Notes: generated from the letters alone by a model not told the origin. Counted from the stretch's first letter, positions 27,079-40,357 are shown. The stretch: DNA of 64,000 bases from Botryllus schlosseri (GCA_051294905.1 CM119372.1:13766001-13830000), one strand, 5' to 3'. Numbers and translations are program-made.

Positions 27079-30000
27079 AACGCATAAGCAGACTTGCAGC
27101 AGTTAAGCATACGCTAATTTCCTTGTGTACTGTATACTTCATGCAACGACAGCACAAAGCATTATCAAGCTAAGTTCCTTCACAGAGCTGTTCCAGTCAT
27201 GCAAATTTCAGGATCATATATAGTGATGCATTGCCATGCGTAAGTTATCTAGCAATATCGGAAGTGAAATGTGACTAATACTGAATGCGCTACTCATTAT
27301 TGCTCTACTTTAGGAATGTATGGCCGTTAGTCTAAATTTTTGTAAGAGCACACTACCACATTTACCGTATACACTACACGTATAACGAACCTTCACCAGA
27401 ATACTACGTAACAGGCTTGCTGCGCTTGGAGCATTGTTAATGTTACATTGGTTCGGAAGTAGGCTTTTTACGGCTATTGTTACGCCGTGTTGTGCCAAAC
27501 TCACTATAATGTATGTATTGTATAGCCATAGCGACATAGCGCTGACGCCCTCCGTGTGATTGGAAGCATATACCTCGAGAAACCCAAATCGACAATCTGA
27601 AGTATATTGTATCGCGATGATATAATATTCGTTTAATAAATAATATTTTAAGCTGTAACATTTATTCATAGAACACAATCGAATGCAGACGTTTTTACTT
27701 ATGCGTTTTTTTTACCTGAATAACGGAAGATTTAGCCCTCATGTATGTAAATTAGGTGTTTTCCCGCACATAATGCTAGAATTGTACTACTTATCTTCAT
27801 TTCTGGTTGGAGCTGTCTGTCCTTACGAAGTAGTTTGGCCTGAAAAACTTTATTTTAACGAAATCTGGACCTATGAAGAATTCCAGTAGTTACATCACGC
27901 CTTATGGTAGAAATAATGTTCTCTACGTCGCAATTTTTCATCGTGTGCTTCTTAATATAATAACCAATGCCCACGCACTCTTGCTTCAGTTAGGATATTG
28001 CGGTACGTTGAGCATTACCCTATGTCAACCTATATGTTTCAAGCTGTAAAATGTCAAATGATAAGTTCATCCATAGCCTAGGCTATGGTTCATCGACAGT
28101 GCAAACATCTGCGATACAAACGAAATGCAGGTTGCAAAGAATTTTTGACTTTGTAAACAATTTTGACAAGTTTTTGACCTAACACTACAATTTTGACAAA
28201 ATTTTGACTTATTTTAACATGTCAGAACAACCGACCTAGTTATTACAAGTGCTGACTCTATAAGTCAGGGTTAGCCAACCCGTGGCCCGCGCGGTAGTTC
28301 TTAAAACTATATATATTATCAAAAATTGAATTGCCAACGTGATTTACTGTGAACTTGCAAGGTCAACCAAACTTGTAATTAGCCTGACCGCGAAATTTGG
28401 AATGCTGATGACTAAAAAAGCAACCGTTTCGGCGCGTTGGCGTAGCCAGGGGCGGCGAAGGTGTCCATGACTCCAACAATTTCGTAAATATATGTAAATT
28501 AAAATAAAGAAAAGAAAATTTCACGGCAGATGGATTTAACCTGAAATATCTTTCGCGTTTCGCGCGAATAAGTGACTCTAGATTTCTTTCTTTTGGTAAC
28601 CCTCCAGGAAAATTAAAATATTCGCCTAACATGTATAGGATTGAGTCGAACTGTATTCGTAATTATGAGAGAACGGGATATTCCCGGTATCACTTGAGAC
28701 CGTTGGAATGGTTCAGTCTAGTGGTGCGCAGCCCATGACGCCAGCCATCTCCAGGCGCCGAATACTCCTGTGATTGTGATGAGCCCCGCGGTACAGCTGT
28801 GACCCGCAACACATGCAACAAAAGTATCCATACTATTGACCACATTTATTCGTAAATTTGAAATGTTTTAGCGCTTCACGCGGCATGAAAATTATTGCGT
28901 TCGCCGTTGCCTAATCTAGCTCTAAATCAGGGGTGGGCAACTATTTTTCTCTGCTGGTCTAATGAGCATCAGAATATACGTTGGCGGGCCGAGTCAAAAT
29001 GTTTAGTTATATTCTCCAGCGTAGCCTATTAATTTCTAAATTGAAAGGAGTGAATTACATTGCTAATAAATGCCGCTCAGTGGATGCGTTGGTATTAGAA
29101 TTCAGTGTCTCCCAAACTTTTTTGAGCTACCGCCCCCCTGGACAACGAATGAAGTGCCACCGCCCCCCGACACCCCCCTCACCACACCTGATCATAAAAC
29201 AAAAGTGGTTCTGCATTTAATACAGCTAATAACGAGACGAATGAAGCTGGTGTATAGTTATCATCATTCTCGTCATATTGGGTTTGAGTCTTGATAGGAA
29301 CAATATCAGTCTAAATTTTAGACTCTAAAATCTCCAGTATTCACTTCATGTAGGCCTTCTGGCAAGTCTGTTTCTGATGTGAGTCAGGAACTTGGTCACG
29401 GCGCTGAGAACACGTTCTATCAAATATAAGCGGGGAAGGACAACGACGAAAAAAGCCAAACCGACTCCTGTGAGAGTGTTTATTTTTTAATCAATTGTGT
29501 ATCCAGAACGATTGATTGGAGATATTGAACTTTTGAACTCAAAATTTTTCTACACTTCAATCAGGGCTACCATATTTTGGGAATCTGAAAAGAGAAAGCT
29601 TTTTCAAGATTTTCAGACTTACAATACTGGAATAAAATCCGGAAAATGGTAAATTTTTTCTGAGTTAGTAGAAAAAAAGGTCATTTTTTCTGACTCAGGT
29701 CCCAAAAAATCCGCCGAGCGCTGATTTCCGATATCTCAGTCAAATTTTCACATGCATTTAACCAAAATTTCTTTAAAATAGGACAAATTCTCAAAAAAGA
29801 GGACATTTAGGCGTCCTCCGAGGGAACTTTCAAAAACATCAAAAAAGAGGACGAATCCTCTTAAAAGAGGACGTATGGTACCCTAACTACATTGTAATCA
29901 GCTGCTCAAACATTTCATGTCTGGAAACCACACAGAATGGATTGAATATCCGGCGATGAATTTCTAATTGGAATATATCCTGGAACAAAATCACCATCCT

Positions 30001-30666
30001 CGTGTAATTTTGTGAGATGATTGATTCATGTTTCTCCATCAAAATCAGGTATTCGAGCTGGAACGGTAGCTCAAAGCAAGCTTAAGAATTGGAACAGTTG
30101 TTGTGTTGCAAAATTCCGGTGAATTATCACTGACTTGTCACCGAATACGGACAGTGCTATGTTCACCTCTATCATTACTAAGAATGGATATATTCTACCC
30201 TTAAATTTTGAGAAATACGACTGTCAAGTAGGAGTGATGTCGTTTCTCGCAACCAGAACGCCGTGTCGAAGGCCACGGTGACAGCGCTGTGGAAAATCCA
30301 CGATCGTTTGAAACAGTAAGAAAATCAAGCAAGACTCTTAAAAAGCCATCACATCTTGCAGTGAGCAATAACTGCTCAAATACACTTCGTAGTTCTCACA
30401 ACAGCATACACTGAACCACGCTTGTCGGGGATGCTGCCGACTGCTAAATTAGTCCATCGATGAGCAGGATAACATTGTCAAGTAACAATGGACTTTTCCG
30501 ATACAGCTGAATGAATAGACGGACGACCCTAAATTGCCCTTACTTAATCTATTATGGATTTTCCTGCGAATCTAGCTGCTTTATTAATCAATCGTTTTAA
30601 CACTATACGCAGCGGTTGCCTTATTCTAAACCTACACTCCCGCATTTGCTTTCAGCGCCCCCCTAC

Positions 30667-31093
30667 CAGAGATGAGCGGATTTGAAATTTCCATGTCCTA
30701 ATCCAATCCAAATCCGAACCTTCGAATCCAAATCCTAATCCTAATCCATAACTTTTTCATATTCAAGTCCATGTCCAATCCTAATCCGATTCTAACTGGA
30801 AATTCAGAAAAAATACTAATTTATGCAATGGAGGGATTCGAAAATTTTCTTCCACAACCAACGATTCACTTGATTCAAGATAACTTAGTAACCATAAGTA
30901 CATTAATAACTGATCTGAATGAAGTTTGTCGCCATTCGCCACATGACATTTCAATCTCCCAGAAAATAGCTAAATCCAATCCAAATCCTAATCCATTCCG
31001 AAAAAAATGTCTAATCCAAATCCAATCCAAATCCGAAAAATTTTTACAAATCCTGTTTTTTCAAAACCTAATCCTAATCCATGCTCATCTCTG
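30667..31093. mobile_element. hAT-type MITE with AATCC(A/T) repeats, nested in a larger element (~29103-31211)
   Basis: TIR CAGAGATGAGC / GCTCATCTCTG with TSD CCCCCTAC. It accounts for the spurious NPNP-rich ORFs. Confidence 0.88.
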
Positions 31094-34000
31094 CCCCCTA
31101 CCGCCCCATTTTCTAGCCAGCGCCCCCCAATCGCCCATTTCATGGCCAGCGCCCCCTTCACACTCGCGAACGCCCCCAGGGGGGCGCTGGCGCCCACTTT
31201 GGGAACCACTGTATTAGATAATGAGAAAATGACAGTTAATTAACAAAAACCAATAATCTATTTATTTTCCGTCATAATTCGAAACAATGTTAAGACATTA
31301 AAAAGTATTTGTGATACTGCAAAGCTTATTGTCTTGATCGGTGCCTTCCGACCAGTTGCGGCTTGGTGAAAGCTACATATATATATATATCGATTCCGTC
31401 AAATATGAGGCGGTACTTTTAGTAAAGGCTTACTCGCCGCCGAGATTTTTGGCAGCACTCTTCGCAGAGTCGTATGTTAGCCGAAACGTCATTGTTAACG
31501 TCTTGATGTGTCGTGACGCCGTAACGACCGACGCCGAAATACTGATCTCTATAAACTAGGCGTTTTATCGAGGAGAGGGGTACCCATATCAATAGCAAGA
31601 GAACTAGTCACGATAAATCGCGCGAAGCGCGAAGAAAATTTGAATAAAGTTTGTGAATATATGAAAAAGACTCTTTAAATTATGTTAATTTACGAAATAA
31701 TTTGTTGGGGCCCCTTCGAGCTAGGGCCCCCGATTGTGGGGTTTGGGGTGCGGCAATTACGGCCCTGTATTTAGTGCTCCATACCGTCTTTGAATTTTAG
31801 CTTTCGGCTTCCTTTTTGACATGCCCGTTCATCCTTTATGGATGATGATATCTCAAATTAAAAACTATTAGTATATGGATGGATTTGTTTTACAAAATAG
31901 GTATTTGGAAACGTAGCCTATCACCAAACAATTTGAAGAACAGACCGTGTAATTCGTAATGTGACAATGGCGACAAAGAAGGTTTGAACTAAACTATACG
32001 GAAAGAGTTACTTCTTGTAACTTTAATTGTTACGACATACTTTGACATACTTCATTTTGAAACTGGATTACGCATGCGAGCCTGCGAGGGACGGAGGCTG
32101 TGTAATGTAATCGCGGCATATTAATGAACATTGAACACTTGAACAGGCTTCAAAGTAAACCAATTTCCCTTCCGGTTCAGTTTATACAGCCTATGGTTTT
32201 ATTCCACGCAGCAGTATTCAAAATTAGGTTTCACATTTTGAATTTCAAGCAACGGGCACGCGGGCCACTCAGAATAGCTCCGCGGGCCGCACTTTGCCCA
32301 GGTCTGCTCTAAACAAAGGTGATCAATTCTCAAATCACTCATTTCCACGCCTCGACTGATCCGATGTGACCCAAGTGTGGAAACTAGCCTTATAACATTG
32401 CATTGGTCTCCGTGAACCAATAATAGTCTATGAACCATCTAATTTGTATGACTTGCGCATTTTTCGGCGTTTTAGCTGGGGATTAGGTAGAAATTCCATT
32501 TGCAATCTGTACTCGGAATTTGGTGAAAAGCTCAAGGCTTCCTAGCTTTAGTGTCCACTAGCGGTCATTAGCGGTCACATAGCGGTCATCAGTCATCACC
32601 ATATGATACAGCAGTGTGTGGTTCCCAACGTGGGCGATCTATCGCCTCAAGTGGGCGATTTTGAGATACAAAGGGGGAAAATACCAAAGGGGGTGATAGC
32701 GGGCAGAACATGTTAGAACGTCCATAGTGAGAGATATGTAATTAACACGGCCAAAATATGTCCTCTTTTCCGGGTCCGTAAATTTGGAGGCGAAAATTTG
32801 TGTCGAGCTTGATGAGGGGGCGATGAGTAGAAAATAGGATAGAGTCTAACACTGGACATCACTAGTTGAGGATTGTAGATGGTATAATCTATCTGCTGCT
32901 CTGCTATACAGTCTTCTGATTTCAGCCCGACTGACAGCAGGATTTTTAGCGATACCGATGTCGCTGATTTACCATATATTTCTGCCGATATAAAAATGTG
33001 ACGTTATTCTACAGAACTTCTAATTAGTGGAAGTAGTTTCAAAAACATATCTTAAATATACGTATTACGTAATGTATTTACAACAAACTCCATGTGAGTA
33101 GGAAACTATATAGTAAGTTCATTCGAACGGGGGTATACCACTGAGCTATATAAACACTGGAGTGCGCTACTCGCGATATTTGCGTGATCAATTGGCCGCC
33201 ATCTTTGGGTTAAGTTGATAGTTGCACTGTAAGCTGGTGGTGAAGGCAGAAGTGGTTGGGTGATGTGCCTGTTTTGATTACTTTTTGGCCTGGAGGTATC
33301 GATTTCGATGGTTCGGACAATATAAGGTTATATATGTGTCACAGTATGTATTCATTTGAAAATATCTTCCTGATATAGATTGCTTTACCTCGTTGTATCC
33401 AGGTAAATAAACGTATGCTTCTGCTCAAAAATTCCTGGCTTTGAGTGCTGTTTTCACAATTACTGGGTTAAGGCAATTGTCATGGCATTGATAATTCGAT
33501 TTGGATATGATACCGGTAATCCTAAGGGAGCTTGGTGATGTTGTCTTCTTTATCCCTTCAGTTTCAGGTAGGCCTACTGTGTATGGCAATTTGATTTGGA
33601 TACGACGCCATTCGTCCTGAGGGAGCTTGCTGATGTTGTCTTTTTACTCATTATAGCTTCAGTTTCATGTACTGCGTTCTCGAATTGTTGATACAACCGC
33701 ACACTGTCATTAACTATTCTTACAAATCTTGAAAACCAACAAACAGGCACATTTAGTGTAGACAAATAACCAAGCTATCAAATGATTGCAATGGATAATG
33801 CCAGTTTTGTTGTTATGTTCCAGGTACTGTATCTATAGGTAGTAAAAGCACCTACGCCTATGACCACCAGCTTCAAGTTATTAACGGAGACTGCCTCAGA
33901 ATTACCCTGGCCTCGATTCGAAATCTTCTCACAACAATGGCGCTGATGTCAATGCTAATGCTGCCAGCTATACGTGGTGACTATAAATACCACTGACGGA

Positions 34001-34556
34001 GAAAAATCCAGCATCATGTGACATGGAAAGGCGCAGCTACAATCAAAGTTATACCATCTAATTTTTATTCTTACTTATTCATTGTGTCAAAGTAGTCGGA
34101 ATAAATCCTAGAAAGTGAAAGTGAGAATATGTGAGTTATGTGTAGCAATATGGGTTAGTGATTTCTGCAGAGGTGATCAAATGAGAGCAATAATATATTT
34201 ATATCATTGAATGAGAGATACTAGATGAATGCACGAGTCCTTATTTCTATCTGGGTACAATTGCCTAGCGGTCACTGAAATTGACGCTATGTCGGTTACA
34301 GCAATCTGCGCTCTAAGAGTAAATTAACGTTACTGATTTGATCAGATAGTAACGTTACTGATTTGATCAGATAGCAAGGTAACTCAACGACAACCTGGCT
34401 TTAGATATACCATTTCTGGGATCACACGCGCTGTACTGTGTCTACCAAAATGCTGAACTTCGTTTTCAGAAACACCAGCTTCAGTTATGAGAAACGAAGG
34501 TTTTGAATGATTTTTCTATTAAAATAACAACATGAAAAAATAAAAACAGAAATAAA

Positions 34557-36272
34557 TTAATTAATCGTTATTGACTTTACGTCGCCCTGGACGTAATTGA
34601 GGGTGATCTGAAAGTAAAATGAGGGATAAGTTAGGGCTTAATATCTGCGGACAAGGCATATTAAACGTACCGATTCAGACTGCAGCTCAAGTGTAATTGA
34701 TTTTTTCTTCTTCCGAAGATAGGGCACGGTCACCGTGATCCCCGTCTTAAAGCGGCGGCGGCGGCGACGTCGACGTGTGCGTCGGGGACGGGGGTTAGCG
34801 GGATCAACACTGTTCAAGAGGTATGAACTAAAATTCGAGAAATTTCTGACTAAACACATTGATCAACACACCTTGGAGCTGCGTCGACCTCCCTCCCTTC
34901 TTTGGTTTCTTTTGGTAGGGGAGGGAGGTCCCAGATGATCGGAGTCCTGAACAATATAGATGATTGTTTGTATAATGAAAATGACATTGGCGCCATATTC
35001 ATTGGGTTACCTTTTGACCGTTACCTCATTCTGGCAGCATGCAATCTCTTTTTAATTTGTACCACTCTACGGCGTTGCTGTTGAATGAGCTTTTGAGGAG
35101 AGGTACGTGCAGAGTAATTGTGGTCGTGGAGAACTGCTTCACCAGTCTGTACTTTACAATAACGTTTCTTATCTTGAAGTGTTGCTGGTCTCGCTTGCCG
35201 TTTGTTGGAAGCCTGAAATCAACGAATTTCAAATTAACGAATTTCATATCAACAGTGGCTAGGGTAAGGGTATGCTAATATAAACTTGACTTTAGAAGTA
35301 AATTTATAAATTCCTACTGTACCTTTGTCCTCATATATTTCGGAAAGTTCAGAAATCTTGTTGGCACCGCATTCTCCCTCAAACGTATCAACTGGCCCAC
35401 ACGGTAAATGGCACTTTCCGGAAAATGATCGGAGCAGATAACTGACGATCTTGATGGAACCCAGTTTTTTCTTTTTATGCTTTCTACCCATCTTCCTTTC
35501 AGCGATTCATTAGTAGGAAAGCTGCATTATACGGAGCATTGTATGAAGCAAAGCACACTAAATAGGCAATTCTTTGTTATGGGCTATGATAAAAGCAGAA
35601 GGTACATAAAATATCTTGTCTGATAAAATTATACATCTGTCACTTTCCACTCCATAGGCTTATTGTATTCAAGATTGAGGTAGCTTTCTAAAGCTAAAGC
35701 AGTTCAAAGGTAAACCTTGAAAAATATTTTTGAATAAATAAATTGACAGTTTCGCACAAAGCTATAAGGACTATAGATGAACTTGACTATGGAATTTGCA
35801 AATTCCACAGTATTTGTTTAGAATCTGAACAAGATATCCTGTTTTACCTATATGCTGATAAAAACCCATAGGCCATTAATTGAATCTTTCCTTGTATTCC
35901 TACTCTTGCCTACATAGCATAACCAAGAATTTAATACCACACTGATTATTGGCCGAACTGCTTGTACTCGATCATGGAGAAAATACAAAGAGTGAGATGG
36001 ACATTATTACAGATTATTACAGATATTGATGATGAACATTACATAGCTGATATGGTGACACGGATTTCTGCTGGTAGTCTGGTCTGGTCATTTCATTCAT
36101 ATAACTGCAACGAAATGTTCTGCTATCAATTTACCATGACCTGTTTATTACAACTGTGACTGATCTGGCCATGTCTGGCTGCTATGCTTATTCTGTTATT
36201 CACTTACCGGTGAAAAGTTCTGGGGTATCGCCGCTTTACTATCGACTCTTCATCACTACTGCCGTCACTATT
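34557..36272 (-). CDS. THAP-domain gene, 3' portion: rest of the split exon plus exons B-F
   Basis: Exons 36272-36208 (NSDGSSDEESIVKRRYPRTFHR), 35521-35323 (FPTNESLKGRWVESIKRKNWVPSRSSVICSDHF...RLRENAVPTRF), 35212-35025 (...VLHDHNYSARTSPQKLIQQQRRRVVQIKKRLHAARM), 34946-34872, 34809-34671 (Arg-rich) and 34607-34557 (stop). All introns are GT-AG with consistent phases. Confidence 0.85.
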
Positions 36273-36435
36273 TTTTCTGTCTGCACGGCTTGTCACCGAA
36301 TTGTCGTAATTTTACAAGGCCCTGTGGATATAAAGCTGTATCAGCTGTACCAGCTGTATTCAAATTGGTTGAATTAAGATATACGTATTGATAACTTATA
36401 TCATTATATGCACTGCTGCACTGTGATGCTAGAAA

Positions 36436-37200
36436 ATGTCACAAAGATCCTCGTCCAAAAAGAATGTGGATTACGAAACTATACTATCGAAGCTGGATGC
36501 ACTTTCAGACAAGATGGATGATCAAAAACTACAAAATGGCCAAAAGTTCTCTGAACTCATGAAAGAAATCATAGAACTCAAAAAGAGTGCCGAATTCCTA
36601 AACGAAAAATATGAGGAGATAAAAGGTAAACTTGATACTACGAGCAAGCAACTGTCGAAGGTCGAATCGGAAAATAACTACCTGAAGAAAATTGTACACG
36701 ACCTCCAAACATCCAACAGAGAGACCAATAGAGCAATAAACGATCTGGAGCAATATGGAAGAAGAGAATGCATTGAATTGCAAGGAATACCCTACCACGA
36801 GAAGGAGTGTACTGAAGATCTTGTAATGTCAGTTGCCAAAAAAGTAGATGTGACAGTCACAAAGCACGATATAAGTGTTTGTCATAGACTAGCTCAACCA
36901 ACTGAAGACTATCCTGATCCTATCTTGATAGTCAAATTTTGCTCGAGAAGAGTTCGTGACATGATCTACAACAGCAGATCAATACTGCACAAAACTAAAG
37001 AAAAAATATACATCAATGAGAGCCTTACGAAGACTAACCGAAAAAGATTCAATGCATGCCTAAAATTCAAAAGAGCCAACAAGTTCAAATACATATGGAC
37101 AAGGCAAGGAGTATCCTACTTGAGAAAGGACGACGAAAGCCAAATTTGGACAATCAGAAGTGATGATGATCTGACAAGGTATGACATCCCCCTAGAATGA
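36436..37200 (+). CDS. LINE ORF1 protein (coiled coil plus L1-ORF1-like RNA-binding region)
   Basis: 254-aa intact ORF. Heptad coiled coil followed by LEQYGRRECIELQGIP, HRL, ILIVKF, IYINESLT and KYIWTRQG motifs typical of this ORF1 type. Confidence 0.9.
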   Translation: MSQRSSSKKNVDYETILSKLDALSDKMDDQKLQNGQKFSELMKEIIELKKSAEFLNEKYEEIKGKLDTTSKQLSKVESENNYLKKIVHDLQTSNRETNRAINDLEQYGRRECIELQGIPYHEKECTEDLVMSVAKKVDVTVTKHDISVCHRLAQPTEDYPDPILIVKFCSRRVRDMIYNSRSILHKTKEKIYINESLTKTNRKRFNACLKFKRANKFKYIWTRQGVSYLRKDDESQIWTIRSDDDLTRYDIPLE

Positions 37201-37240
37201 ACTGTAACCACTAATTCAGCCTTGATCAATAGATAAGAAA

Positions 37241-40200
37241 ATGCCCGTCTTATTTCCATGTGGCTCTTGCCACAAACCATGCAAGTCAAATCAGCCTTGC
37301 ATTTGCTGTGATATCTGTGACCACTGGACTCATTTGAAGTGCACCAAACTGACGACACCGCAATTCAATCTTATCGGAACTACTGATGAGTATTATTATT
37401 GCTGCCAATGCCTAAACTCGGAGTTACCATTTTCATCACTTGACAACATGCAACTAACTAGGGAATTATCTTATGTCAAAAATTTATCTAGCTCTGACCT
37501 ACCTAAGGGATTCTCTAATTATTATAGTATAGAAGAATTTAATGCTCCTACTGATGATAGCCCTTATATTACTATGCTACATGCTAATGTAAGATCACTT
37601 CCTAAAAACAGTGGCTTAGTCACTTTGTTAATTTCTGAGTTTTCAAGACATCCTGACATACTTGCCATAAGTGAAACGAGATTATCTACTGTCCTTCCTT
37701 TTGACGTCCATATTGATGGATATACATTTATCAATGCAAATTCTCCCACAGTAGTGGGTGGAGTGGGGTTCTATATTAGGAACAATGTCCAATTCCATAT
37801 CACTTCAGAGTTTGGCCTGAATCTTCAAGGCTGTGAAGACCTGTGGATTGAAATAACTTTGGTGAATAAAAAAAAGAGAGAAAACATCATAATAGGTGCA
37901 ATCTACAGACACCCTCACCAATCGATGGCTCAATTCATAGATGCAATGGAAAACTGCTTCGAGAAGTTGACCCTACAACAAAAAACTTTTTACTTGTTGG
38001 GAGACTTCAACATAGACCTCCTTAAATCAGATAACAAATATTCTGTGGATCTGTCCAACCTAATATCATGTTTCTCGTGTCTTTCATTAATTAAAGATCC
38101 AACTAGAATAACTCATAACTCACAGACACTAATTGACCTCATATTCACCAACAATCAGGTCGAGCACCAATCCGGAATATTAAGAAGCGATATATCTGAT
38201 CACTTACCAACTTTCTGTAAAATCATGAATGCTTCAGTAGGAGTGAAACACAAAATAGCCTACACTCGTAACTATAGAAATCTCTCGGAGGACAACTTCT
38301 CGAATGAACTTTTTGATGCAATAAATGACCTTGAAGTCGAAAGTAGAACTCAAACTGATGATATAAATAATAACTTTTCATCTCTAATTAATACCATCAA
38401 CTCCCTAATTGAAAAACATGCACCTCTCCGCAAAAAAACTCGCAGGGAGATGAGATACGCAAATAAACCATGGCTGACCTCTGCAATCCGAATCTCAATA
38501 GCGACTCGACGCAAACTCTACAAGAGTCATTTTCTTTCCGGTGTAGATAGCAAAGTGGAACTGTATAAAAATTACACAAATATATTAACCAAATTGAAGA
38601 AAGGTGATCAAACAAAAACATGGGGGCTCTTTAATAAACTTTTTAAATCAACTGAGCAAAAAAAATTTCCAACTAAAATCAGCATAGGCAATACAACCGT
38701 AACATCTGAACTTGACATATGCAAGGCTTTCAACCAATACTTTGCAAATATTGGCAGAAACCTTGCTGACAAACATGTGCCTACCAATAACTACAAGAAA
38801 TATCTCGATAAACCACAACAGAACTCTATCTTTGTCCAGCCAGTCGTTGAGAATGAAGTCATCGCGATAGTTCACTCATTTAAGAATGATACAGCCACAG
38901 GCCCAGATTGTATTCCAGTCTTTATTCTGAAAGAGATCATATATACAATATTACCTATACTCACTAAACTGATCAATAAATGCTTCGAGCTTGGGATCTT
39001 CCCTGATATTTTGAAAGTAGCCAGAGTCACGCCTGTTCTGAAGAAAGGCAATCCTAAAGATCTCACCAATTATAGACCAATCTCTATTTTGCCTATTTTT
39101 TCTAAAATTACAGAAAAATTAATACTTAAAAGGCTAACTTGCTTCGTTGAGAAATTTAGCATAATATCCAGAAAACAATTTGGTTTCAGAGAGCGTCACT
39201 CAACCCAGCATGCAGTTATAGATAGTATAAATAACATCTCTAAAAACCTTTTCAGTAATCTATCCACCATCTGCATCTTTCTAGATCTAAAAAAGGCATT
39301 TGATACAGTGGATAGATCAATACTCTTGGAGAAATTATCTCACTATGGAGTTAGGGGTAACATGTATAAGCTACTACAGTCCTATTTATGTAATAGATGG
39401 CAATTTGTTAAAAATGGTGAAGTCTCAACAGACAAGCTCGAAATTGAAATGGGTGTACCTCAAGGATCAGTTCTGGGTCCTTTCCTATTTTTAATTTATA
39501 TTAATGATATAGACAATGTATCGGACTTCACAATTCAACTGTTTGCAGATGATACATCTCTCATGCTCTCATCTTGTAATACGGCTGACCTTGAGTATTC
39601 ATGTAATGCAAATCTAATAAAAATATATGACTGGATGTGTAGCAATAGACTAACAATAAATACTTCAAAAACACACTGTATGTTCTTTGGTAAAGGTACT
39701 CCAAAAGACATAGTACTGAAGCTCAATAATGAAAGACTTACTTTCCAGACGTCTCTATCCTATCTTGGCATAATTATAGATAATAAGCTATCCTGGGGGG
39801 ATCACATTAATTCAATTTGCATTAAACTATCGAAAGCCATAGGAATCTTAAGAAAAGTTCGTTTCCTATTACCACTTTCCACACGACTAACAATATATCA
39901 CACACTCTTCCACTCGCACTTGACTTATGGGGTCGTATTGTGGGGTTCAGCTAAAGCCAAATACTTGAATCGGATCAAAAGCCTGCAGAATAAAGCAATT
40001 AAATTGACTTGTCTCGCCAATCGCAGAGATAGTGTAAATCCTTTATATAGTCGCTTGAACATCTTAAAAGTTGAAGATATTCACTTTTATGAAATAGGTA
40101 AGCTCATGCATGGCTACTACAATGAGAGCCTACCAGAAATCTTCCTAGACTATTTCACTCATATCACCAGTCACCATTCACACAATACCCGAGGCTCTTC

Positions 40201-40357
40201 TATGAATCTATTCATACCCCGAGAACATCCTAAGACTATCAGTTTCCAAGGTCCTCGTATATGGAACTCCATTCCACCCCATATTAAAGATAAACCACTC
40301 CATATCTTTAAACAAGTGTTTCACGAATATCTTGTAGGAAAATATGAACATTCTTAA
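37241..40357 (+). CDS. LINE ORF2: PHD finger + apurinic-like endonuclease + reverse transcriptase
   Basis: 1038-aa intact ORF. N-terminal C4HC3 PHD (CGSC..CDIC..H..C..CCQC); APE motifs (NVRSL, ISET, IYRHP, GDFN, IDLIF, SDH); RT motifs (YRPISIL, FLDLKKAFDTV, GVPQGSVLGP, FADD, YLG). Confidence 0.96.
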   Translation: MPVLFPCGSCHKPCKSNQPCICCDICDHWTHLKCTKLTTPQFNLIGTTDEYYYCCQCLNSELPFSSLDNMQLTRELSYVKNLSSSDLPKGFSNYYSIEEFNAPTDDSPYITMLHANVRSLPKNSGLVTLLISEFSRHPDILAISETRLSTVLPFDVHIDGYTFINANSPTVVGGVGFYIRNNVQFHITSEFGLNLQGCEDLWIEITLVNKKKRENIIIGAIYRHPHQSMAQFIDAMENCFEKLTLQQKTFYLLGDFNIDLLKSDNKYSVDLSNLISCFSCLSLIKDPTRITHNSQTLIDLIFTNNQVEHQSGILRSDISDHLPTFCKIMNASVGVKHKIAYTRNYRNLSEDNFSNELFDAINDLEVESRTQTDDINNNFSSLINTINSLIEKHAPLRKKTRREMRYANKPWLTSAIRISIATRRKLYKSHFLSGVDSKVELYKNYTNILTKLKKGDQTKTWGLFNKLFKSTEQKKFPTKISIGNTTVTSELDICKAFNQYFANIGRNLADKHVPTNNYKKYLDKPQQNSIFVQPVVENEVIAIVHSFKNDTATGPDCIPVFILKEIIYTILPILTKLINKCFELGIFPDILKVARVTPVLKKGNPKDLTNYRPISILPIFSKITEKLILKRLTCFVEKFSIISRKQFGFRERHSTQHAVIDSINNISKNLFSNLSTICIFLDLKKAFDTVDRSILLEKLSHYGVRGNMYKLLQSYLCNRWQFVKNGEVSTDKLEIEMGVPQGSVLGPFLFLIYINDIDNVSDFTIQLFADDTSLMLSSCNTADLEYSCNANLIKIYDWMCSNRLTINTSKTHCMFFGKGTPKDIVLKLNNERLTFQTSLSYLGIIIDNKLSWGDHINSICIKLSKAIGILRKVRFLLPLSTRLTIYHTLFHSHLTYGVVLWGSAKAKYLNRIKSLQNKAIKLTCLANRRDSVNPLYSRLNILKVEDIHFYEIGKLMHGYYNESLPEIFLDYFTHITSHHSHNTRGSSMNLFIPREHPKTISFQGPRIWNSIPPHIKDKPLHIFKQVFHEYLVGKYEHS

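Noticed and set aside
30771..31243. NPNP/IQIQ-rich ORFs
   Set aside because: Translations of the AATCC(A/T) array of a MITE.
33495..34375. Small local duplications (~80 bp at 33495/33588; 25 bp at 34326/34351)
   Set aside because: Ordinary slippage-type duplications with no evident function.
34735..34938. Plus-strand protamine-like poly-Arg ORF
   Set aside because: It is the antisense shadow of the minus-strand Arg-rich exon, and the splice signals are on the minus strand.
35026..35491. Track ORFs MGRKHKKKK... and MKFVNLKF..., which can be joined by a 62-nt intron
   Set aside because: They overlap the THAP exons in other frames. The THAP frames carry diagnostic motifs and these ORFs carry none.
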